From Octopus sinensis (Eukaryota): DNA of 64,000 nucleotides. Position numbers and translations under genes: made by a program. Within the stretch, counting starts at the first letter, position 1; every line of letters starts with the position of its first letter. This document shows positions 52,243 to 64,000 of this stretch, piece by piece. Location: contig NC_043002.1 of assembly GCF_006345805.1 (NCBI RefSeq), positions 43,896,001-43,960,000 of the forward strand, written 5' to 3'. A model generated the notes under the pieces. The model saw only the letters and a list, made by a program, of their open reading frames with translations. It was not told the DNA's origin and did no database searches.

Positions 52243-52900
52243 CACAGTGTTTTTATAAAATGCCACCCCCACTCCTCAGATAAATGAGGATATATAATTG
52301 ATAGTGAAACTTAAAAATTGTAATGTAGAATATTCATAATTAAAATTTCTATTACTAATTTCATTATGCAAAATTTTCTGTTCTTTTATCATTTGTATTC
52401 ATTGGATGAATATTATGTTTTTTGTGAAGAATTAAAAGTTACTCTAATGTAATGAATGTCAACCAGAGAACAGATGAAATTAGTTTTAACCATTTTATCA
52501 AAAGTAAGAAATGCAAAGTAGTATATAATAAACAATGATAACTGTACTGACTTCATGAATTTCTTATTAGAATACACTGCATGTGGCATTCTTCACTTCA
52601 GAATAACATGTTAAAATGTTCTGACATGTGTAATTGGCTGCCTGTGAATGAGAACTGAATCTCAGTTGATGACCTTTGGGAAACCCTCAACATAGTTGCT
52701 TATATGAGTTAGTGACAGCCAATATGTGATTTATAACCCGCTAGAAATAGGCACTGAATCTCACTCAAATTATAGCCCATCATCTTTAAAACAATGGAAA
52801 GAGATATTAGATACCCCTATGGAATGTCTTGGATCATAGGTGTGTCCAGTGAGGTTCAGCCTTGGGACAAATATCACCATAAGTAATATTTATATTTTTT

Positions 52901-52932
<32 letters not shown>

Positions 52933-52975
52933 GTAGTAGTAGTAGTAGTAGTAGTAGTATCATTATCAGTGTTCA

Positions 52976-53315
52976 TGAGGCACATGGCTCAGTGGTTAGA
53001 GCATCAGGATCACAATCATAAGGTAGTGAGTTTGATTCCCAGACTGGGCTCTGTGTTATATTCTTGAGCAAGACACTTTATTTCACATTGCTATACTCAC
53101 TCAGCTGTAGAAATTAGTTCGACATCACTGGTGCCAAGCTGTATCGGTGTTTGTCTCTCCCTTGGATAACATCAGTGGCATGGAGAGGGGAGGCTGGTAT
53201 GCACGGGCATCTGCTGGTCTTCCATAAACAACCTTGCCCAGACTTGTACCTCAGGGAAGAACTTTCTAGGAGCAATCCCATGGTCATTCATGACTGAAGG
53301 AGGTCTTTATCCTTT
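52976..53315 (+). mobile_element. tRNA-derived SINE family C
   Basis: A-box tggctcagtggt, B-box gagtttgattccc, then cttgagcaagacact. Body differs from families A and B. Confidence 0.72.
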
Positions 53316-55494
53316 GGAACAATGATGGACTAGTATAACCTGTAAAGAATTAGATAAGATGCATTTGCACTTTTAGTTATGCCTCTCAATTTTATGAGTT
53401 CAACTACTGCCATGATCAACATTGTCTTTCATCTTTGAGGGATTGATATAATTATTACCAGATAAGTACTGGAGTTGTTTTAACTGAAGGTGCCCTCCAC
53501 TGAAATTTGAAGTGCAGTTCTCATGTTACAGATCAGTAGGATTTGTTTTTAGAATAGCATATTGGTTAAGTCCTGTACTAAGCTCTTTTTGGTATTTAGT
53601 TAAACTTCTTTACACACCGAGTACAAATCCTACTGGTTTGGGTTTCCTTCTTCGAGCTTTATAAGTAGTCAAGTACTATGATTGACTTTGTGTGGTTTGA
53701 CTTTGCATTTAATCTTTCCAGTGTCACTAAGCTAACTATTGGTACTTCCACTCATTCCATTTCTGTGCATTTGCTAGTAAGTGGTGCAAAGACACTTAGC
53801 TGTTACTGCATGTAGGATGGTTCCCACTATTGGCCAAGACCTTCATAAAGATCCTTCAGCTGCATTTTTTTGACAAGGAGAGCTAGCAGTTTTACTCCAT
53901 CTAGTGGTTATGGCAAAAGGATTGCACAGTTCACACATTTTAAGAATTGGGGATAGGATTTTGTTGCTTTGACCAAGCCTTTGTCACTTCTTTATATAAG
54001 ATGAGGAGGAAGATACTGCCCTCTAGGAAATTTGATGAAAAGTTGGTGAAAGTGGCAAACTGTTGCATGTGAGATAGGATTACAGGTAAGTTCACTGCCA
54101 TCAATTCACCATGAGGAAAGTTTACCAAGAAATTATATCCATAATATCTCACCATTAATAGCTAAAAGCGATTTTATTGAAAGAAGAAATGGTGAATTGA
54201 TGACAGTGAACTTTCCCTGCAGTGAATTGAGGACATGGTGAGATAGCCAGTTCTTGAATCCTTCTCAGAGAGTGTAGGTGAGAGAAGGTAACTACCTGGG
54301 TAGCAAGGTGGTTAGAGTTATGAGATACCCTGATTCACCATAGGTGGTAATTCATATCTCATTGTGGGGGTCTTTGCATTTTGTTTTGTTTTTTTCAAAA
54401 TCCTTATAAAGTTTTAATTTTTTTTTTTCCATGTTATGTTACATTTTTATCATCCCCAGTTTTATTGCATAAAATGCTTCGTATGTATTTGTGAGGTTCT
54501 TGCAGCCCATAAAATGGATTATTATCAATATTATTATTATTATTATTTACAAAGTTTGATTGGACTAGATAAAATGGGTGTAATCTTGGATCAACATTAA
54601 AATAACGCAAAACATATCATACTAATAAAATAAAGCATTTTCAATTTGTTTGAATTTTATCTCTTCATTTAGATTGCACTGATGCATTAATATTTAATGC
54701 AAAATGGACTAAAGCAATAGCAGTGATTTCACTTTATGTATATTGGATGCACACACACTTGCACATTTTAAGTAATATTCATTGCAAATTCTTTGACTTT
54801 TTTGTTTGTTGTCATAACAACAAGCATCAATATTTTAACACATCACAGATTTCCAACTAGAATGTATACTTTTCATGGCTCTTCCCATTGGCAGTTTAAT
54901 TGTTTAACTTACAAATGAAAGACATTAGAAATAAGCCAGTGTTGATATATGTTGCTGTCAAAGATATTCCTAATATAAACTTTTTTTTCCAAGAAAATCA
55001 ATCTGTATTTGAATCTTTCTGAGAAAGCAGAAGCAATCAATCTTCATTTATGCTATATAGGTTATGTTGTTCTTATTGTTGCTGTGACTGCTTTGTTTAT
55101 TGGCAAAAAAAAAAAAAAAACTAACTTCACTCAGAACGGGATTTAGATTTCTTTACCTATGAATAAGGTAGATGGGAATCTCATTGTAGTCGTTGTGCTG
55201 CGTTTGTTGCCATAGCAGTTCGCTTTGCTGTGAGTCAGTTGCTATTTAACACCTGGGTAGTCTTGATTATACTGATAGATGATGAAAGATATTCAGAACC
55301 CAAAATCCCTGCTTTTCGGCTGCGACTACTTTATTCAAATATGTTAGTTTTTGTTTGGCTTTCATATTGCGAAAATAGATATCATAGGTGCAGGTGAGGC
55401 TGTGTAGTAAGAAGCCTGCTTCCCAACTACATAGTTCCAGGTTCAGTCCCACTGTATGTCACCTTGAGTCTGTATCTTCTACTATAGCCTTGGT

Positions 55495-55880
55495 CACAAA
55501 AATTGTCTGACAGCCATGATTTGGTTCTTCTGCTTGTGTGGCATGGTGCAGAATCCTGTAGCCTGACACAAGGTCTTCCAACAGCCACCTTCTTGATTCA
55601 GGGCAGCACTACCTCCTCCAGGCACTTTATGTAGGCCTTCCTGTTGAGTTTGAGGCCATGTGAGAAGATGAATGGAAGCATAACATCGCCATCACTAGTG
55701 ATCACTCCATACACCATAGTGTTGACTGGATGTTTGATTTTTATCACTCTCAGTACATATCTTGTGGGCACAGCACACCAAAGGTTGTTCTGTGTGTTCA
55801 CCATCTGTTTGTATAGGAGCTCCAGTGCAAATACCCAGCCTGTCATTTCCAAATCTCTGGCAGAGTGAATTGCATCATGG
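55495..55880 (-). mobile_element. Tc1/mariner (DD37D/maT-like) transposase fragment
   Basis: KHPVNTMVYGVITSDGDVMLPFIF...YIKCLEEVVLP...QDSAPCHTS. Confidence 0.78.
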
Positions 55881-57246
55881 TGCTGTTTTACTCACAGATG
55901 GTGCCCAACTAACCCTATTATACTGTGTAGTCAATAAAACGTGGTTTCTTGCATATTCAGGATCTCTGTCATGTAAAACATAGAAAAAAAATTTCGGAAA
56001 ATGTTCAAAATTTTAATTTGGAGGTGGGAGGTGAAATTATAATTTTTTATTTTTTATTTGAATATTCGTAATTGTTGACATCTAAAACATAGAAATCCCC
56101 CAAAATATTTTTTTTAAATGCATTTTTCCAGGAGTGGTACGATTCTGCTTTAGCCCAATATATATATATATGTGTGTGTGTGTGTGTATGTATGTGTGCA
56201 TATGTGTGTGTGTTTATATGTATGTGTGTTTGATTATATGTATGTATGTATGTTTGTTTGTATGTATGTATGTGTATATATCTATATGTGTATCTTTGTG
56301 TCTATGTTTGTCCCTGCTCCACCACTTAACAACTGGCATTGGTGTATTTATATCTTCATAACTTAGTGGTTTGGCAAAAGAAGCTGACAGAATAAGTACT
56401 AGGCTTAAAAAATAAGCCCTGGGGTTGATTTATTTGACTAAAATCCCATGAAGGTGGTGCCTCAGGATGGCCATAGTCAGATGGGTAAAACAAAAGATCT
56501 GCTTTACTTTCTTGGTCCCTTCCACATGCTATAAACCCATAGCACCCCTTTTGAGGGCAGAGAAAAGATCCAAAGGGAGGGTGTTGAAAAAAAGTGGGTT
56601 GATAATGGTGTGGCCAAATGGAGTCAATAGATCTAAAAAAAAAACAACAAAATAATAGGTTAATTATGTTAAGTTTTATTTGTGAAATACAGTTGTTTGG
56701 AATGTGCTACAGAAAGTGGTCTGTAGTCACGGGTGGTGGGGTGCTAAGAATATGGCAGCCTAAAAAAGTTTGGTAACCTCTGCTCTAAATGAAGAATGAG
56801 TTGAGGAGTTAAATTTGGAAATTGAAGATGGTAACAGTTGGTCCCTGCTCAGTTGTATTACTAAGTTGTTACTTTTTTTTTCAATTAATATCATTGTGTG
56901 TGTGTGATGGACGACTATAAAATGCATGTTTAAAATGAATGAAAAGTTGAAAAGAAACAGAAAAAGAAAAATATTCCATTGCTAGGAAAAATTAACAGAA
57001 TGGAAAAACTATCCAAGATATAGTCTATTTACATAAACCAAGAATTACAGCAGTAAATTAATTTTTTTTTTTAATGCTTTGGAGACACCATGTTATGATC
57101 ATCATCCTCATCATTACCATCATTTAACATCGGTTTTCTAAGCTAGCATGAGTAGGACAGTTCAACAGGAGCTGGCAAACCAAACTGTATCAGGCTCTAG
57201 TCATTCGTTTTACAAACAACTGTATTTACATGAATCACTATGAAAT

Positions 57247-57456
57247 TTTCAATGTGTTCAGGCTTACTGCTATTACTATAATAACACTATGCCAGTTCTT
57301 TTGGACTGCTAACCTCATCTTCCTTGAAGAATTTCATTAAAACCTGAAAGATCTTTCAGGTTTTAATGAAATTCTTCAAGGAAGATGAGGTTAGCAGTCC
57401 AAAAGAACTGGCATAGTGTTATTATAGTAATAGCAGTAAGCCTGAACACATTGAAA
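57247..57456. repeat. Perfect 210-bp palindrome (105-bp arms, no spacer)
   Basis: Centre ctgaaaga|tctttcag at 57351/57352. I found no mismatch between the arms out to 57247/57456. Confidence 0.93.
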
Positions 57457-59248
57457 GTTTGCCTGGTTCTGAGAATGGCTTTTTACAAGCCCTGTAGTAA
57501 ATATTAAGCTATTAATAAATGCAGCTTTCATTTTCAACATTATCAAAGGAAAAAAAAAGAAACAGTCTATGTGTGAATATGTGGGTGGATGTTCTTTTTT
57601 ATTGTATATTTTACTGATTAGAAATACATACTTTATATTCCTTTATCCTATTGCTATCACAATAATGAATTCTTAATCATGTTTTTTAATACAAATGCAT
57701 CATTTCTTTCTCACACTATTGGTATTGTGGGAGTTTTCATTTCAGATATCATGTACTTCTGGTTCTGAACTCATTTAATTTTGTTACATCTCCATTTCTT
57801 TCCTTGGGCATTTTCTACAATTTAAATTTTCTCTTTTTAATGATATTTAATTAATATTTTCTGATTTGGGATTTCTGCCTACTGTTTGTTGTACTTTGCT
57901 TTTAGAAATCACGATTGTAATGCATATTATATTATTTAATTTATTATTTGTACTTTGGTTTAGTACAAGTAGATTCCTACATATACATTAATTTGATGTT
58001 GAAGATAAGTTTTTGTTTTTGCTTCCTTTGTCTTTTAATTTTCTGTCTTATCATTTTTCTTTTATTTCTAATACATTTGTCAACATTTAGTACACAGAGC
58101 TACATGCCTTCCTCCTCTTTATCATCATTATATGCAGTTAATTGGCAGAGTTGTTACAGCATTAGATAGAATGCCTTGCAGTATTTGTTCTGGTTCTTTG
58201 TGGTCCGAGTCCTATTCCCACTAAGGTTGACTTTGTTTTTCATTCCTTTACGATCAATAAGTACAAGTACTGACTCTGTTTCTTTCCTTCTCCCCCCCCC
58301 CCACTCTTACCTTTTTACCCTTCTTTGTTTGGTTACATTGAAGAACCAATACAGAGCTTTCACATTCCAGTTTTTATCAATCACTTCACTACCTCCTGTG
58401 GGCTTGCTAAGAAAGAATATAAAGTATCACTACCATCAGTCATTGCTTAACTTTTTTCTTTTTCTTGCTCACATGACCTGCCACTTCTCTTTTTTATCCT
58501 ATGTCATTTATGAAACCCAATGTTTTCATATAATACAATTTCTTATGCATCCCTTGGTCTCCTTACATTGTCACCGTATGTCAATCTTTAATCAGCACAG
58601 CATATTTCCTTCAACAGATGTCATTCAATTTCTTTCTTTCTTTTTTTTTTTTTTGTGGTGTTTTTCTTTGTGCAACTCTTCTCCTGAACACCTCAACTAA
58701 TCCTTTTATTAGCCAGCCACTTCTTTTAGGTTCTCTTACACTTCATCTTAAATGCAACTTTACAACCAACAAATCATATATAGCCTTTTCTTACCATATT
58801 TATTTTGAAATGTACTGCCATCATTTCAATTAATTTTGAAAATAATGAGGAATTTATCAAAATAAATTTGTCATTTAAAATTTTGATGGAATATTTTAAT
58901 TTCGATCACCTTAAAAGAGGGACTTAGTATCATAGCACCAAGTATGGTTTCAAGCTAGTTGATAGCAAAAAGTTAAAGCTTTTTCTTCTCCTCCCTCTTT
59001 TTCAGATCTTCCATATTCAATGCCAATGCTGCATAACCATTCAGCATCACTGTTCTTTCTTATGCCACTTCAGTTATACCTCCCTTCACAATGAGAAATT
59101 ATCCCTTTATTGCCTTTAGGATTACCCATTCTCAGAACTTCATCTGACTTATTCTTTATTCAGTTACTATACGTTCACTGCTGGTCCCTCTATTTTGAGT
59201 AGAGTATGGCCTATTCAAACAAACCATTTGAATAAATCATGTCCTATA

Positions 59249-60124
59249 CAAGGTGGTATCAAAAGGTTATGTTTAATAAAAAATAACTTATTTACCTAGA
59301 TTTTATCATCTTCATCTTCAAAAGAGTCACCTTGTGCAACAACACACCAGTCCCAGCATTTATGCAACTTTTGGAATCTGATCTGGAATTCATTTTCCAT
59401 AAGCCAAGTCAAGGACCTTTTGCAATTCGCTTTGTATCTCAACAATGGTGTTAAAACAGCGACCTTTGAGCTGCATTTTCATCTTGGGGAAGTCATGGAA
59501 ATCATGGAAGTCCAAAGGTGCTAAATCATGTTGTTTTTGGCAAGAAACTCACAAGTGAGGAGAGCTTAGTGACAGAATGCATTGTTGTTGTGAAGAATCC
59601 AATTCTTCGTGCTCCACAGATCAAGTTGTTTTCACCAAATATCCTCCCTCAGATGCGCCAAAACACTGCAGAAGAACTCTTGATTGATGATCTGGCCCTG
59701 GGGGATGAATAATACCATGTTTCCAGGAGTGACACTCATGGCAAGTCTTCTAGATCGATCATGGTCTTCTAGGGATGTTCTTCTACTTTTGAAGCACCCA
59801 TGCCACTTTAAACATTGCGTAAACCCATTGCCTTGTCGCCATAAGCTTGCTGAAGCATGCCCAATGACTCTTTAGCAGACTTCTCAAGTTTAACGCAAAA
59901 TTTCACTTTGGCTCTTTGTTCCTGTCCATGACATAATTACAAATTACAGCATACACATGATCCCAAAAACAACAATTTCATAATTTGTGAAGTAAACACA
60001 ATGATTTCATTCAGGCACACTGCTTCATGAAGGTCACTGCTAGCTCTCACTGTGCACACAACCATGGGCTGCCATCTGTTGGTGTGCTACAAAACTAATC
60101 CTGGAACTTTTTGATACCACCTCA
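59249..60124 (-). mobile_element. Internally deleted mariner, same family as 6809-7653
   Basis: ta|caaggtggtatcaaaa ... tttttgataccacctca|ta. 59880-60110 is the reverse complement of 6830-7050. Confidence 0.85.
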
Positions 60125-62009
60125 TATTTCATAGTTGGTCCAATTGTTAACTTCTACTGAACACATTCTGTCTTGTTCCCATGTTGATTTATCAAAGATC
60201 CTCCTGCACTTTTGTCAATCTTTTACTTGCACTGAAAATATGATATTGAATTATCAGTTTCTTCTCTTCATACTCCTTTGTAGTTATCCTTGTCTTGGAT
60301 CTTAACATTTAATATTTAGAATTTTTTTACTCTATACCATTCGTCAAGATTTGGAAAGTTTCTTACTGTTCCTTAGTTTACCCTAATTGCAGCTTTGGAA
60401 TATGCAATTTTGTCTGAATGAGTTTATACCACATAAAAACATTCTTCTTGTGCTATTTTTAATCTTCAATTGAAATTATGACTTGCTTTGTGAGCTGTTT
60501 TATTCTTATTTTATTTTTAAATTTCACTGTATAAACCCAGTATATTAATAGACTTATATTCATGCACCATTGTTACTTTTCATTTATATCCAACCCTATG
60601 CTAATAAGATTATTGCACACCTCTGTTTTTCTCTCTTACTGCATGACAGCACTATTCCTATATCTTAACAACTTGGTTTCTTGTAAAGTCTATAAACAAA
60701 TGGAAAACCGTATAACATCCTACAGTATAGGATAAACAATTTATTTAGTCATATGCTGCAGCATCAAATCAATTACATGACATATCTTAGGGAAAGAAAG
60801 CCATACAATTATTTCTCCAGTCACAAATAATGCATAAATAATCACACACTTTGTGTAAATTGAAAGTTTGAAACGTTTTTCAAAATACTAGGTATGTTTG
60901 TAGAATAAAAATACTCCAGTCAGAAACTGATGTTAACTCTTTATGTTACCTCTTCATATGACATGTGTGCACCTTAATGTGTACCTCTCACACATCTAGA
61001 AAGTTACATCCACATTATTCATGCACATACTCAACAGCATGCAAAAAAAGATCATCTGTCTGATGGTTTGGAAATTACACATGCTAGAAAAATCCTGAAA
61101 CTCATTCCAGTTACTATCCTACTATTGAACAGTGTTAATTTTCAGCTTATCCTAATGTTTCTGTAATGCTCTTTAGCCATCAAAATTCTGTTAAGTTTAA
61201 TTATTAGCAATGGAAGCCACAACAAACAGCAATCTGTTTACCCTACTTAATGTGGATATACTGTAAGAATGTTATAATACTGTGGTATTCATCTTACGAA
61301 AGTATCACTTATAGATATATAATATCAGTGGTAGAGGAAAATTTTTCAATACTGGCAATGAAACATTTAGATCATGTGATTTCTGCACATTTGCACATCA
61401 TCATCAGCAGATATCAAATGTAACTGCATGCTAGCCAAACTTCACCTCTACTGGTGTATAGAATAAAACAGCGACTAATTTGGTCACTGGTGTCACAAAT
61501 AGCTGGCAGGTTGAATTAAAATTAATTATTAGTGACACCTTCGAGTGATTAAGCATTGTTTTCCTATATGCCACTATAGGTGAACTTTGACTAGCATACA
61601 GTGATAATGGATACCTGTTACTGATGATGTGAAAGTATGCAGAAATTATATGGTCTAGCAGTTTCACCACCATAGCAGGGCATTTTTTTGTTTGTTTCTA
61701 TGCTTTTTAACACTATACATTTATATGAGATGCCTTCTCAAGACAAATATTACTGTCTTAAGGTTTTTTTACTGCATATCCATGTTAAGTAGGATATACT
61801 GATTTCTATTTGTTAAGTTTATGTATTCCATCTGCACTTGAACCAAACTTAGCTGCACTTCTTGATACATTTACTGAGTCTCACTGTACTTGTCCTTCTT
61901 TTCAAGAACTGCATTCAAATGGATTTCCATTTCCACTTTCAGAGATATATAGCTGTGAAACTTTTAGAATAAAGTTTAGCCAGCAGTTTGTCTGATTATT
62001 TGTGTTTAA

Positions 62010-62390
62010 TTAGTTTAGTTTGGCCATCCTCCCAGATACTTTGATGTTTCATGTGAGCACACCATCCATCACAGTCCTCCATGCATGTTCTTGATTCATC
62101 AACATTTGCCATACCACTGTCCTAAAGCAAGTTGTCTACACAGGTTAGATGTTTTCTTCTCCTGTTGATTCTTCCTTCAAATGACTGTCACAAGACCATT
62201 TAACACAGGTTCTTCTGGGTGCCTGACGGAATGACCAGCAATTCTCACTCTTCTCTGTGGATCTTCTCAGTCAGTTTGGGTAGGTCTTGACTAAGTTGCT
62301 CATTGGTCAAATCAGCTCCCCATGTAGAATCCAGAGCCATTCTTAACATTCTTGTGTTGCAGTTGTCTATTTTTCAAAAACTTATAAAGT
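62010..62390 (-). mobile_element. RTE-X-like LINE 3' relic
   Basis: Reads LTNEQL...LPKLTEKI...RIAGHSVRHPEEP...CVDNLL.DSG across frameshifts, with a (CTAAA)n-like tail. Confidence 0.62.
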
Positions 62391-64000
62391 TAAAATTAAC
62401 ATACCAATTGACGGATCTAAAGTACTTTAAGGAATTTGAATATTAATGCTCTCTAAAATGTCATTTTCTTGAACAACTTTTAATTTTTTTTACAATTTTT
62501 ATGATTCACAATTAAATTTTCTATTTTATCCTATGATTCATCATTTATAGTCATTCATTATATATTTTATATGTGTTGTAGAAGCAATCTTATGATTTTT
62601 AGATGCAGCTATACTGATGTATTGTAACTTTAATCCTGCAGAAGTTATTGCTATATTTCTTACATTCTGTAATAGTTTTTCTCTACATCAAGCCATTTCT
62701 CTTTGTTCGTTGTAATTTATGTCTTAATAAACTTGTGATCTAATTATAATTTTTTTAAACATTTTTTTTTTCTGTCTTTCTATTAATATGTTTCCTTTGA
62801 TCTCCCAGTAATTAAACATCTTGAAGTCTTTATTAATTTTTTAAAACTTATCTTCTTTACTGTTCCCATTAGCATTGTCTTTATGAAATATGGTATCAAG
62901 TAGCTTACATTAATCAAAAAGAAATGAAGCATTTGTTGTGCATTTCATCAATGATATTTTATCTATTTGTATTGTTCGTTTGCCTTTTAGCATGTATACA
63001 TCTCCATTTGTTGTTTTCTTCTTTCATTCCTATTGTACTATTCTTTTCAGTGTTTGTCCGGAATTTCATTCACATAATAATATATTAGATTTATTATTTT
63101 TACTTTATTATTTTCATGTTATTGATTGGGTTTATTCTGTAAAAGTTTACTGTTTTCTTCTCTTGCATTGAAACATTGATATAATAATGATGATGATGAT
63201 GATGATGATGGTGGTGGTAGTGGTGGTGGTGATGATGATGATATAAAGAAAACATTCAACAAGATACTGAATAATTCTTGAATGAAAATTTTAGCGTCCA
63301 TTTGAATTGCAAGATAGTTGCAAATTTCAAAACATCTCTAATTATTTACTGCTCTGATTATTTACCTTCTAACAATTAAAATATTCTTTAACTTATTCAC
63401 GTTAAGACTTCATTTATTGATTACTCTGTAAAACTTAATCCTACACAAAATATCTACCCTTGAATTTATTTTTTGTATTCTGCTGTATTTTATTTGGAAT
63501 ACTGGTTTTTGCTTTTAAATGCAATCTTCATCCAAGAGAGAAATACTTCACGCCAAATTCTTTGCAATTGTAAATCAACTTCTCATTGGTCTTAGAATAA
63601 ACCTGTTTTCCTCAGGGAATCTACTCTTTTGATTATATTACTTCTCTGATGAATTATATATTCATAATTTGATGAATTGACAGTTAAAATTCTTGTATGA
63701 TGTCCCTTCCCAAGAGTTGCATCACATTATCGTACTACACTTACAGCTGTGGTGATTTTAGTATAGTAAGAAATTAAGGGAATCATAAACTCCAGTAGTT
63801 GCTTCCTCTCTTGAATCATTCTAGAATGTGGAAAAATAGGCAATGAATGAGCTGACAAAATAGAGAGATTGCTACTCTTATTGAAAAACATCTTAAAGTG
63901 TTTGTGCTGCATGTTTTAGAATTGGAGTGATTTATTCCTAAATACATCACTCAGGGTTATCTTCGAATTCTGCCATGCATTCATCATAAACTATATTTAT

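Noticed and set aside
58176-58700. 174-aa plus-strand ORF
   Set aside because: T-rich low-complexity sequence overlapping SINE/LINE relics, with no protein motif.
1-64000. Further TRAF3IP1 exons (upstream RPxSARPAPP-type exon and downstream coiled-coil exons)
   Set aside because: Searched by eye and not found. They are probably outside the window, so the intronic status of 1-26759 and 44293-64000 is inferred.

Overview
AT-rich, microsatellite- and transposon-dense animal DNA. The SINE, RTE and MITE families look like those of octopus/coleoid cephalopods; this is inferred from remembered repeat families, not verified. The window appears to lie inside one large + strand gene. Three small, phase-compatible exons (26760-26871, 27492-27525, 44210-44292) encode RLGNGKPTNVITDD...EEEQFILED...GGLVNKLLETKKELE, which resembles the C-terminal part of TRAF3IP1/IFT54 (MIP-T3). 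The second intron needs a non-canonical GC donor. The rest is mostly decayed mobile DNA: four large RTE LINE copies and many RTE 3'-end fragments, Penelope-like elements, CR1-like and RTE-X-like LINE pieces, a gypsy pol relic, mariner and DD37D-like Tc1 relics, an internally deleted piggyBac, TTAA MITEs, Helitron/Helentron-type non-autonomous elements and at least three tRNA-derived SINE families. Nearly all ORFs in the supplied track are microsatellite or TE artefacts. I see no convincing new multi-gene system. The best leads are RNA-level: a well-formed type I hammerhead ribozyme at a Penelope end (15601-15670) plus decayed relatives, a perfect 210-bp spacer-less palindrome (57247-57456), other long inverted repeats, a tRNA-Glu-half/SINE chimera with a TSD, and a structured GC-rich leader on another SINE copy.
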